DNA of 64,000 nt from Podarcis cretensis. Lineage: Eukaryota. Positions 1-12,300 of this stretch are shown piece after piece; position 1 is the first letter of the stretch; each line of letters begins with the position of its first letter. The DNA lies in NCBI GenBank assembly GCA_951804945.1, contig OX638164.1, positions 26,784,001 through 26,848,000 of the forward strand, in the 5' to 3' direction. A model generated the notes under the pieces. That model worked only from the letters and a program-made list of their open reading frames with translations, had not been told where the DNA came from and did no database searches. The translations under genes and the position numbers were made by a program.

Positions 1-301
1 ATTGATAGTTTTCATTGGGAGAGTGATTGCTTTGAGTATAGCTTGGGTTTGTTTCCTTTCAGTGATAAGAACTCACTAAACTTAGTCCTATTCTCCCTCC
101 TTCCCTCCTCACCTCTCTGTCTATCTGTCTCTCTCTCCCCCCCTCTCCCTCTCCCTCTCTTGTTAGGTGCCTAGTACAAATAAAAATTCAAGGTGACTTG
201 GAATGCAAATCCAAGGTTTAAGCAGCCCAATCGGGATTCTACCCTGCTTGCTTACCTCTGCTATCTCGCTGACCCAAGACATGTTTGGCTTTGTTTTTCA
301 G

Positions 302-3300
302 GTGGCTACACATCTTTATGTCTTTCATCAAGGTTTTTGACAGCAGAGCTAGATGTGCCTTGAAATTGCTGACCAACTTAGTCCCAGAGGAGAAGTAAGC
401 TGCCCTTAGATTCCTTCCTCATTCAGAACTAGCTTTGGTAGTTTACTGAATCCTGACATTCATGACTAAACTGTAGACTGCTTTAACAGGGCAGGGCTTG
501 CACCCTATGCCTGAGAAGACCTAGGTGGCAACCACTAAGATGCAAATCTCTAAAGAGTCATCTTGATTGGAATAGTTTTATGGAGGTTTGCTTGTTCAGA
601 GGAAATGTATTGCTGCCTGCCAATTGCTGGGGAGCAACAATGAGGGAAGGCCTTGGACTTCAAGCCCTGCTTGTGGCTTTCCTGGAGGTATCTGGCTGGT
701 TGTTGGGAGAAGCAGAATGTTGGAATACACGAGCCCACCTGGGTTTGGCACTGGTATGCTGTCTCTGACAATGGAAATTCCATAGAGCCATCATGACTAG
801 CATCCATTGAAGGCCTTGTTCTCCATGAGTTTGTCTGTTCCTCTTTCAAGCTCATCTGAGTTAGTGTTCATCACCATATCTTGTCTTAGTGAATTATGAC
901 ACTGAGTCAGAGGTTTGGGCATCTGTTTGGAAAGGCTTGGCAGGCTTAATATGTCCCTCCAGTCATCTGTGGAAGAACAAGAGCCCAGGCATCTGGTTGG
1001 CCACTGTAAGAACAGGATGAGTCATTGGCCTGATCCAGCCGGCTCTTGTGTTCTTAAGGTCTAAAGATCAATCTCACTTTGTTACCAGGTTCAAAATTCA
1101 GTGCCGTATCAAACTCTCTACAGAGGCTTTACCACTATTCATAGAATTACTGGTAAGAAAACCTCTCTCTTCCTGAATTTTGCTGCAAAGCATTGTTTTT
1201 GTCCATTTTGTATGCTGCAGCTTTGTTTCATTTCAAATTTCTGCAGGGATTATTTACAGCTAAAACTGAAATGCTTAACATAGATCTGGAAGATGATAGG
1301 CAGGGTGAAAAGTTGGAAATAATTGGAGGCTGAATAAGGAAAAAGAAAAAACAAATGGGTAGCTTGGATGTTTCCTGAAGCCCTTTTTGAATTCCCAGAT
1401 TTGTCAGAGAGATTGTGAAGGTGGCAGGTGGGCATGATGAGTTTGGGTCTTGAGTAAGCTAGGCAGTTGCTTTTCTTTTGCCATACCCTTGTGCCTAACT
1501 CTGGTGCATTGAGACAGGAATCACCATGGAGTCTGACTCTCTGGATCTGTGAAAAGGGATCCAGAATCTGTTTTAAGTACTTTTACAAATACTAAATCAT
1601 GGTAAGACAATTCAGATAGAACTTTAGGTTCCCAAGGTGCTTCTGTCCCTCATCAGTGTTTCATCCATTTTTGTCCTCAGCAGTGGGGAAAGAGTTTGTT
1701 CATGGCTAGTGTTGCACACTGGGATTCAGCTGTTTTAAGCAGTAGCCCTGGAAATCCCTCCATTGCTTCTGGAGTTGAGTGACAAGGACATGGCATGAGG
1801 TCCTCATAACAGCTTGATGAAGCCGTTTCCATTAAAAAGAAAATTACATTGTTGGATTGTTTTCTGCTGATCTCAGGGCTGCCCCCACAGAGATTTGGCA
1901 TTTCCTCAGGAATGTTCATTTCCGAATACTGTAATGAAGGAATGAAGGATTATTTTTCAGTAGAGAGGGAATCTTCTAAAATTTCTAGTCTGGTTGTGGA
2001 GTATTATGGGTGGATATACAACAAAATTCACATTGTGCCAACCTGTTTTCACTCGTTTCAAAAGAGTTCTGCTGAGACACTGAACGAGCTGGGCCTCGCC
2101 CATTGCATTCCCATCATGGGAGACATGTGCTCAGACGTGGTCATCCGAATGCAGATGACTGAAAGCCCAGATTGCTGGCAGGCCTGTTTGAGCTTTCTGG
2201 TGAGTAGGTGTGACCTGGCAGCATGCTCTCCATTGCATTGGCTGGGTTTGCCCCCTCCCATCTTGTATGGGCTGGGGTTGCTTCCTTCTCCTATTCCTAC
2301 CTTTGCTTCTCCTATTGTGCTGCCCTATTTTCAATATTTAATTCTTGCTTCTTAAATAAAACACAAAAGTTAATACTGAATGCAAAATTGAGCTGCTAAG
2401 ACATATTCCACCCAATAATAATCAAACCCAAATGTTGATGCAATCACAGTTACAAAGCTTCAGAGTCATTTTTTTAAATGTGGCTTTTTGAAATGACCCT
2501 ATAGAGCAAACATTTTCATCAGGGGGCTAGTCCACTGTCCCTCAGACCTTGTGGGGGGCCAGACTATATTTTGAAAAATATAAATACCCTACAAGCCGAT
2601 CCCGCAGCTGCCTCCGGACCTGGAGGAGGAATGCACTCTGCACACGCTCAGGAGCGCGTCTAGGCGGCACCCACTCACCAGCGTTGTTGATTAGTAGCAG
2701 CCACTTCATTGGCCCGTCCCCACGGAGCTCCCAGGCGGTGTACACCACGCGCTGCGGCCCATCATCCGAGGCCAGGTCAGCAGGCAGGCCGCGCATGCGG
2801 AGCACCAGCAGGAGGTGCGCAGCTCACCCACCAGCTGCTCCAACGTGGCCGCCGAGCGTGCCACCAGCAGCAGTTCCAAGCCGGGTGTCAGGCGTGGGGC
2901 CAGCAGGTGCGCCAAGCTCTGCCTGAAGCCCCGCGATGCACCCATCATGATGCCCATGGCACAGCCCAGTCCCGCTGCCAGCCTGCTGGCCTCTCCGTCC
3001 ATGGCCGTGCTGGGTTTACTTCAGTGCACGGGCGACGAGGCTTTGGATTGGTTGCAGAAACTTCCTGCAGCCAATCCGAAGCTGTGCCAGCGTTGCTGCC
3101 TGCACAGAAGCCATGCCAGCATCACGGAACTCAGTCCCCACATGGCAAGGCGTCAACTTAGAAAGGAAGCCCAACCAGAAATCTTCCTTTCCTCTTGCAA
3201 TGGAAAGATGACCTCCTTTAACAACCTGTCACTGTTTTAATAGCATCATACTGTCTTATCTGGATCTACGACGGTGTTATGGTCTCATGTAACTAACTAC

Positions 3301-6300
3301 CTGAAGTTGCCTCATACTGAGTCCAGACCATTGATGCAAATAGTCCATTAATGCTTGTGTAGTAATTGGCAAGGGCTCTCCTTTTCATCCTTTCATCTGG
3401 AGATGCCAGGACCTGAACCCAGGACCTCTTAAGTAAAATCATGTGCTTTGCCTGCCCCAAGGAGTGGTCAGATTCAATGAGTGACCAAAAGGGGAGTGCA
3501 TAGTCCCTGGAGCAGGAAATATGAGGAATCTATGAGCCCCAGACACTGAGATTTCCACATACCTCAACAGTTTTTGTGAAATCCTAGTGTGCTTATTTTG
3601 TCTTCTCCCTGTGAAGGATGAGTGCTGGAACAAAGGCAAGGCCACCAGATACCCAGAGTGCCTCTATGCACTGCTTGGCCTGATGATGAACCTCTCTTTG
3701 GAACCCAATTTGCTCCTTCAGGTAAAGTGTTGGGCTCTCTCACCTATCCTTTAGTTGATTTGTTGGTTTCCCAAAGTGGAATTGAATTGAATACCTTTTG
3801 TGAGCCTTCCCACCTCTACTACTGCAGCTGTGAAGCTGTGTGTAGTCTTTTACTTTCCCAGAATGTGCCCCTATACCCACCCACCCCCAATTCCTAAGGA
3901 CAGGTGCACCAGCCAGTGACCTCTTTTTTTTGTCATGGATACACCCAGGAATTTCATCTAAATTCTGGAGAGGCTGCACCTCTATAACTTGCCAAAATCA
4001 GTTACAGATAGGTAGCCGTGTTGGTCTGCCATAGTCAAAACAAAATAAAAAAATTCCTTCCTGTAGCACCTTAAAGACCAACTAAGTTAGTTCTAGGTAT
4101 GAGCTTTCGTGTGCATGCTCATACCTAGTGTGCTTATTTTGTCTTCTCCCTGTGAAGGATGAGTGCTGGAACAAAGGCAAGGCCACCAGATACCCAGAGT
4201 GCCTCTATGCACTGCTTGGCCTGATGATGAACCTCTCTTTGGAACCCAATTGTGTATCTGAAGAAGTGTGCATGCACACGAAAGCTCATACCTAGAACTA
4301 ACTTAGTTGGTCTTTAAGGTGCTACTGGAAGGAAATTTTTTATTTTGTTTTGCCAAAATCAGGCTTTTGGCTCTTGCAATTGCACATGAGTCCACTGTAA
4401 TTGTTATTTAAAATTATACAACTGCATCATCCATGTACATGACACTTGAGAAAAAAGGCGAGGGCAGCATAAGTTGGGATGAGACATAGAGTTGTATCTG
4501 AAGTAGTATAGTACGGAGTTAAAAGTCACTGAGCTGTTTGCTTGTTTCACTGTTCAATGTTTTGGGCCAGTGGAACGCTGTTGCCAAGAGAATATATGAG
4601 CAGGTTGCTGGTAATTTGGTTGCACAATAGGTGGCATATTATGCTGTTCAATGAATTTCCTCCGGTGCAGCTGTTGCATTCTTCTGTTGTGTTACATTAA
4701 AACTCACTGGTCTGCTACTACACAAGTCCTTGCACTTAGCTGACGGAGAATGTTGGATGCAGTCCGTAGTGACAAGCTTTGTCACTGAGAAGGGATCTGA
4801 ATCAAAAACTGTCCAGTCCACGTATAAATTTACTGCCCTGTGACTTAGAGCACTGTTATATGTCATACCTCAGAGGGGCCTTCCTGCTAATCCAGTAATT
4901 AGGAGCAGTAATTAAGCTTCTGTTCTCAGCTGACATTCTCACCTTATTGGTTCTTTTCAGGATTTTGCCATAGAGATTTCTGGGAAATGCATGTCCCTCT
5001 TTGACTGTAAAGAGGGAAGAATTGTGACAGTAAGTGGTACTTGAGTTGAAGGAAAGTGGTAGAATTAATATTAAATGAATGTGTTTTGTTGCTCTCACAG
5101 TGCTGTGATGTAAATTTGTTTTCTTATTGAGGTTTAATTATATATATGTATATTATTATGTATTATATAATGTTGTACTGGCTTTGGTTTTAACAAAGAG
5201 AGGGCTATAAATTGCCTGCATAATGCTCTTATGTCTATTCTTATCGTCTCTTGAGGAAGCATGCATATTGGGACTGGGATGTTGCCAGAAGCAGAAAAAG
5301 GTTTGGGGGCAAAGGCAGTGGGAAGGAAAGAAGCAGGGGCTAGCTTGGAATGCCCACAGGCTGCCTGCAGAGGATTATGGCTCAGAAATGAAGTAGCAGT
5401 ATGTAACTGGTGAATCCTCCTCCTTCTTGGGAGTCACTTCTCTTTGCTCCCAACTGTGATGCCTTTGCCATTCCACTCTGGCTTTAACTAAGGATTTTAG
5501 CTTGGGAATTGAAGCACAAATAAACATAGGAGTTGTCCTCCTATAGCCTGAGCTATGCTTTGTCTCAGATTAATACCAAAACGAAGAGCCACAGTTTGTC
5601 AGGCATAATGAGCTTCCTTTCCAGATAATAAATGTTTAGTATTGGCTTGCTGTTTTATTTTCTGCCTTGACGGTATCTATCCAGCAATATAAAAAAGTAA
5701 AAGGTCCAGTCAGCTCTAGCAAAGGACCATGACATGAACAAATATGATAGCTTGTTTTTTTGAAAGAAGACAAATCAACTTCTCTCTCTTACCGCCACCT
5801 CCAAATTTCTTCTCCTTAAGCGAGCAGTTGGGCTTTTAAGTCACATCCTGCCAATAAGTCCAGAGGCACGGGAAGAGGCGATAAAAGATGGCGTGGTGAG
5901 GAAAATGATCAGATTTCTCAAGGTAATTCGCCAGTTTCAGGTTTCTATAACATCTAGGAGGTCAATGTTTTCATGACAATGCCCTGTACAGTGAAGGTAT
6001 AGTTGAACCTGGGATATAGGAGCATAGGAAGCTGCCTTTATACAGAGTCATATGATATCTACACTGACTGACAGTGGCTGCCTAGGATTTCAGCCAGAGC
6101 TCTCTCCCATCCCTACCTGGAGATGCTGGGATTTAAACCTAGGACCAGGGGTGATGACACTCCCCTATGTGTATTTGTGGACACAATACATTGAGGCTGG
6201 GAGCCTCAATGGCACGCCTCTGGAGGCTTCACCCAGGGCATAAAACCTGGCTAGCCCCCCCCCCCCAAGTTACGGCTCTGCCTGGGACCTTCTGCTTGCA

Positions 6301-9300
6301 AAGGAACTGCAGCCCTTCCCCTGCCTTATACAGTGGTACCTTGGGTTACAGACGCTTCAGGTTACAGACTCCGCTAACCCAGAAATAGTACCTCTGGTTA
6401 AGAACTTTGCTTCAGGATGAGAACAGAAATTGCATGGCAGTGGCGCAGCAGCAGCGGGAGGCCCCATTAGCTATACCCCAGGAATACCAGAAGTTGTAGA
6501 AGTTGTAGTTTAGTGAGGAGGTTGAGACACCTTACCTCTTAACGTAACTATTATGTCTGGATAGAGTCACAGCAGATGCTTGGAAACTGTATGAGATTCA
6601 TAGCATTGCTGTGCCTCACTCCCAGCATATCCAGTCTGCAACCACTTGAAGAATTCTAGGCATTCCTTTGGCATCTTAGCATGGCAGCAATGAGGTCAGT
6701 GCCCACTTTTGCCACCATTCCATCTTCACCCATGCAGGCTACTGCATGCATAATATAATGAATTGCATATAATGAATAAGTATAAGATAATGAAAAGCAA
6801 AATTTAGCAGGAGCACACAGGAAGGAAAATAATTTACAGAGTGTTGGATGACTTCGTGGCCTTAGCTCTTCACCTCTAAAGAATGTTTCGGCCCAGAGAA
6901 AATGGTCCGGGTACCTATGAAAGCTGAAAGAAGAGACCTTTTATACATTCTATTTAATGTGCAGTGAAGCCATCCCTTGGATGGATTTATTCCCTTATCA
7001 GCAATTCATGTATGGAAATGAACCATAAGAAGCATCATTAGAACTGCATATTCTTTGGGAGTGCCCATATTCCTGTTAGAGGTCACAGACTGTTGTAGTG
7101 TTAGAGCTTGAATCTGATTATGAGGCATTGTCTGGGCATAATTAGGAGCTCATATATGTAAAGATGGAAGAAAATTATTACTCTCAGAATGCCTAAATAC
7201 CCCATGATTTGCTGCCTTGTCATAAAGCACCCATAAACTTTCTGGAACTGAGGGCCTTGTTGTATATTTCCGAGCCCCAGAGTGCATAACTAGACGTTTA
7301 ATGGATGCCTCTTTTTTTACTCCAATCTAGGCAGATGGGCAGATCACACATGGCTATGCAATGAAAATCCTGGCTGTTTGTGCCAAAAGTAGCCAAGAGG
7401 CACAGGAAGAGATTGTGAAGCTGGATAAAAGTAAGTCTGGCTGCAAAGAGTTGATCTGGGGCAAGGATCACAGACAGGGATCTCTGCTGTCTACAGGATG
7501 AAGCAGGACTATTAATCCTATCTTACGTCCTGCAGAATCCAAATACATTTTACAATCAGGGTAGCCTTCACCGCTGCTTAATATGGCCTTCAGTCATTCT
7601 TAAAGTGCAGCCTGTTGTGCCTGTTTTCTATGGAGAAAATAGGTTTGTGTTCAGAACGGTAAACCGCCATCTCGGAAGAGGAAACAGTATCTTGCACTCC
7701 TTTAAAGGGAACAGTTTAAGGAGCAGAAAAGAGGGACTCTATACTGTAAGCAGAGTTGTTGGTTTTGGGGGGAGGAGGGGAAATCTATATTACAAGGCAA
7801 ACACAAGCTTCCTTGTGAGCTTCACTCGTAATCCGAATGTGGAGACCAGCTGGGGGGCATTTTTGTAGAGTAGAGATTAACTGTTCCCCACCAGCAGATT
7901 CTCCCTTAAAAATTCTCCTCTCCCCCCAGATCAATTTTGACATAGTTCCCCCCCCCCAAAAAAAAAGCTGGAAGCAATTGAGCTGGGGGAAGAAGGGTGG
8001 GGAGAGAAATGGCTCAGAAGAGGGGAGATTGCTTTGGAAAACGCGTGACTTTGGAAGGGTTATGCAACCTCCTCCGTTCTCTTCTTCAGGTGCTCCCTTT
8101 TCATCACCTTGGCAAATGTGAGTTGCTCCAAACCCTTTGCTGAGGGGACACATAGCAAATAAAGTTCTGCCCTTAGAAGGATTTTATTGACCCCAATAGG
8201 GTCAAGGTGAGGAGCTCTCCCACCTCCCCAGTTCTAGCCTGCCTAGGGCCTGTAATGCATTTGGGCCTCTAATGAGAAGCTGAGTTTTGGAGATTTTTTT
8301 AACAATAGAAGTGTGACAGTTTGATGCAGAGACAGAGACATCACCTTGCCAACAAAGGTCCGTGTAGTAAAAGCTATGGTTTTCCCAGTAGTGATGTATG
8401 GAAGTGAGAGCTGGACCATAAAGAAGGCTGATCGCTGAAGAATTGATGCTTTTGAATTCTGGTGCTGGAGGAGACTCTTGAGAGTCCCATGGACTGCAAG
8501 AAGATCAAACCTATCCATTCTTAAGGAAATCAGCCCTGAGTGCTCACTGGAAGGACAGATCCTGAAGCTGAGGCTCCAATACTTTGGCCACCTCATGAGA
8601 AGAGAAGACTCCCAGGAAAAGACCCTGATGTTGGGAAAGATGGAGGGCACAAGGAGAAGGGGATGACAGAGGACGAAATGGTTGGACAGTGTTCTTGAAG
8701 CTACCAGCATGAGTTTGATCAAACTGCGGGAGGCAGTGGAAGACAGGAGTGCCTGGTGTGCTCTGGTCCAGGGGGTCACGAAGAGCCGGACACGACTAAA
8801 CGACTAAACAACAACAACAACACTTTAGTGCACGACAGCCTTTCTTAGGGCCACTTCTGAAAGCATGGTTCTGACATTATTCCTGAGCAACAACTTCAAG
8901 CTTTTGATTTTAGAGCTTATTTCAGTTCTCTTCCCCACCCCCAAATCAAGTTGTTGCATACCTTGGAAGCCTGCTCTGGGAAAGTGACTGCTCAGACAGT
9001 CATTAGAAGTCTGCATAATAATCTCCATCTAATTGCAAGGTAATATTGGGACCCTGTCTTGGAACAGGTTGACTTTTAGATCATTAGCATGTAACTCCTG
9101 CAAGCCAGCTTCCACGTGCATAGTGTTTCTTGAAAGAGGAGAGCAGTGTCTCTGTTACAGTGGGAACTGTGGAATATGGATGAAGTTGTCTCTCAAAGAA
9201 GTGTGAAATCCTTGGATCCACCCATAAGCAGGCACCTTGAAGAAAGCTCTCCTACCCTCCTAGCTTGTGGAAAGTCACACCAGACCCCTCTCGGTACAGA

Positions 9301-12300
9301 ACTGCCCTTTGCTGCTTCAAAGCCTTTTCAGCCCACCTCTCTGGTACCCTGACACTAAATTGCTTTCTGTCCAGGCCCTGTAGGTCAGCTTGCAAAATGG
9401 CTCCCCTGGGATGTGGGTGGAGCAGCAAGTAGCAGGTTGGCTCTTTTCAATTTATTAAAAGATTTGACATGAGTTTAATCTGCATTTTCTCCCTACTCCC
9501 TGTCCACAGGGCAGTTGTGTTGCTGCTAGTTCTTCTTTTCCAAAGAACATTGAGGGTGTTTGGCATTGAGGGGACAGAGTCTTTGGTTACATCCCTTACT
9601 CTTTTGCTGATGTTTGACACCATTTCTCTTTGGCTCCACACAACCTTGCAGAATGTAAGATACTGCTGAAGTTTCTGCGCTCAGAGAATGAGGTGTTGGC
9701 AGGAAATGCTGCTTTCTGCCTTGGGAGATGCTTTGAGGTGCCCGGAGCAGCCACTAATTTGCTCGACGTGGATATTGTGCGGATTTTATTGAAAGTCGCT
9801 GGCAGGGATGCTCAGAGGACGTCTGCGCAAGAGAACGCAGCCATTGCTTTAGGAAAGCTCTGCACAGCTGATGCCAGGCAAGTATCCACAGATGTGGGCT
9901 CACTGAGGATTGTCCTTGTTCTGTTGGTTTTATTTATTTGTTTATTTGGCATATTTATGTCCTGCTGAACTACTAAGTGAAGTTCTCAAGGCAGCTTCCA
10001 ATACAGAAAGAAAATACAGAAAGATGCTAAGCGTTATTATGCATGCAATCACAAAAGGTGAATATTAGTTTTCCCTTGCCCCAGAAATAGCTGCCAAGCC
10101 CCTGACAGGTAAGTCTCTCCTTCCCTCCCTCATTGCCTCCCACAATCCCTGGCTCTGGAGACAGATGCAAGGCACGCTGGGGGAATAAAGGTAGACCTCT
10201 GAGAAGCTCATTTTTTATGGCTTTCTGGTCTCGTTTTGCATTTGTTTGTGCTAATATTTATTGGCAGCCACCCTTGGAACTGATGTTATTTGGCTGATTA
10301 TGAACAAATATTGTAAATCAGTACACATTCAGCCACTTTGGTGGGCTTTATACAAACAGCTGTAGTGGTCAAGGCATCAAGCGGTGAATGATTTTTGTGT
10401 GAGAGAGATGACTGCTTGACTGTTCTGACACATCACAGCCAAGTAGTGAGATCAGGGTTTTCCAGTCAGTCAGGTTTTTATCATTTTTCAGACTGTGTCC
10501 ATTATAATATCATCTTTTGTTACGTTCTGGAATCCCTTTTGACATGTGGAATGGGCCAGGAAGTGCTGAGTTCTGAGTGCACAACATGTGGCTTTACTGT
10601 GCAGGGAGCATTTGCAGGAGATGTTGCCTTCAGAATAGCTTCACCAACATCTCGACTGTTAATCCAGACTTGCCCTTTGTAACATGTTAAAAAAAAGCAT
10701 CCATGGGCTTGCAAAACAGATTTCTGTGTACATAACACATTTTAGCAGTCTTGGGAAGCTTGAGTGGCTGTATCTTATCAGACTTGATATTCCCAACTGG
10801 AAAGACACCAGGCTTATCCCCAGGCCAACAGCATTGGGCAGAATGTCTAAGGCTGCAGTCCTATGCACACTTACTTGAGCCCAGTGAGACTTGCATCTAA
10901 ATAAAGGTTAATTTGATTGGGGCTGCAAGCCTCTTTGGCTGTGATCAAACTGGCTTGTGGGACTGGAAATGGGGGGGAACTGCTGGATTATCCTTTTTTT
11001 TTTAAGAATAATTTTTTATTAACCGACCAATCGCATCAAATCAAACCAAATTACATAAATTCCAAATTACACAGCCGAATTTTAAATTTTTGTTGGGGGT
11101 ACCCATATTTCAAGTTCCGAAGGGGATCCAATCAACTTCTTGCTTCTTGCTGCTGTTTTAATGTCCACAAATCTAACCATATGATGTTCACAGTACTATC
11201 CAGTCCTTTCTTATTGTTTTTCCACATCTCTTGTTGTTATTTTCATATATTTTTCCTTTCTCTTTGTGACCTCCGATAGTCTCCACAAGCTGGTTAAAAC
11301 AGTTTGTAATCCTGTGTGGATATATATATTTTTTTATCCAGTAGCCATATCCAGACATTTTCCATATAACATCACTTCCATACATCAAAACAGTCTTAGT
11401 GTCATTAATCTTCACCAATCTGCTGGATTATCCTTCTATCCCTATAAGAGAAACCCATGCACAGCCAGAGGGGCTTCTTCTTTCCCAGTTGCTGGAGCCC
11501 CTGGAGCCTGCCCCTGCCTGTGAAGGGTTTTGCACAAGAGAACCTGCCCTGCTCAAAGAGAATTTGAGCATTTCTCAAAACCGACCATGAAAATAATCAA
11601 AACGCCTCCATATGCTGCATGAGCTCCTTCAGTGCCTGTGCTTTAAGCCTGGTCATTCTCAGTGTGGTGAGGTCAGCTTGAATTTGTTCTGATATTGGCT
11701 CTCCCTTTCCCCAGGCTAGAGACTGAATGGGCAATACAGTCCTTGAGCCTAATTGCACCTTTTTGAAGCAGGACAGGTTTTGCCAGTTGCAGATGGGATG
11801 TTTGTGTGTATGTGTCTCATGCATACAGTTTGTGCAAGAGGAAAGCAATGATCTGCGGTGAAAGCGGGAATGTGCTGCAATGTGAACACACCGTCGTGCA
11901 GTAGTTCTCAAGAGTGTGTAGTGCTTTGATTCAGAACACATTAAAGTACTTCTTCACTCAGTGGAATGGAACTTGCTCCTTCCCACAGGAGGCAGTGATG
12001 GCTAATTACTTGGGTGACTTTAAAAGAGGATTAGACAAATTCATGGTTCCTAACCAGGGTTTCTGCGCTCTGCCTCCATGGTCAGAGCCAATATCCTTGG
12101 GAATTGCAATTGCCTGATACCACAGGAGAGGAGAGCGCTCATCTGGGTGGCTACTGTGAGAACAGGATGCTGGACTAGATGGGTCCTCTTTGGCCTGATC
12201 CAGCAGACTCTTCTTAAGTTGTTAGGGTGTTGTGTGTGAGAGATCTGGTGTCAGCCAATCCAGCTCCCCTGCTCTCCAGTATGCTAACAACAACTAAACT

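Larger units (their letters stand above)
4002..4349. mobile_element. Penelope-like element (PLE) terminal-repeat insertion in inverted arrangement, with captured TTC12 exon copy
   Basis: About 80-bp near-perfect inverted arms 4036-4118 / 4270-4352; flanking direct repeat TTGCCAAAATCAG (3989-4001, 4350-4362); hammerhead motif typical of PLE repeats. Confidence 0.75.

Noticed and set aside
2679-3002. Functional SPR gene or processed retrocopy
   Set aside because: Frameshift and no downstream SPR exons rule out a functional gene; the retained GT donor rules out a processed retrocopy.
4124-4251. Mutually exclusive alternative TTC12 exon
   Set aside because: The copy lacks the last 11 exon bases and the donor, and runs into transposon sequence.
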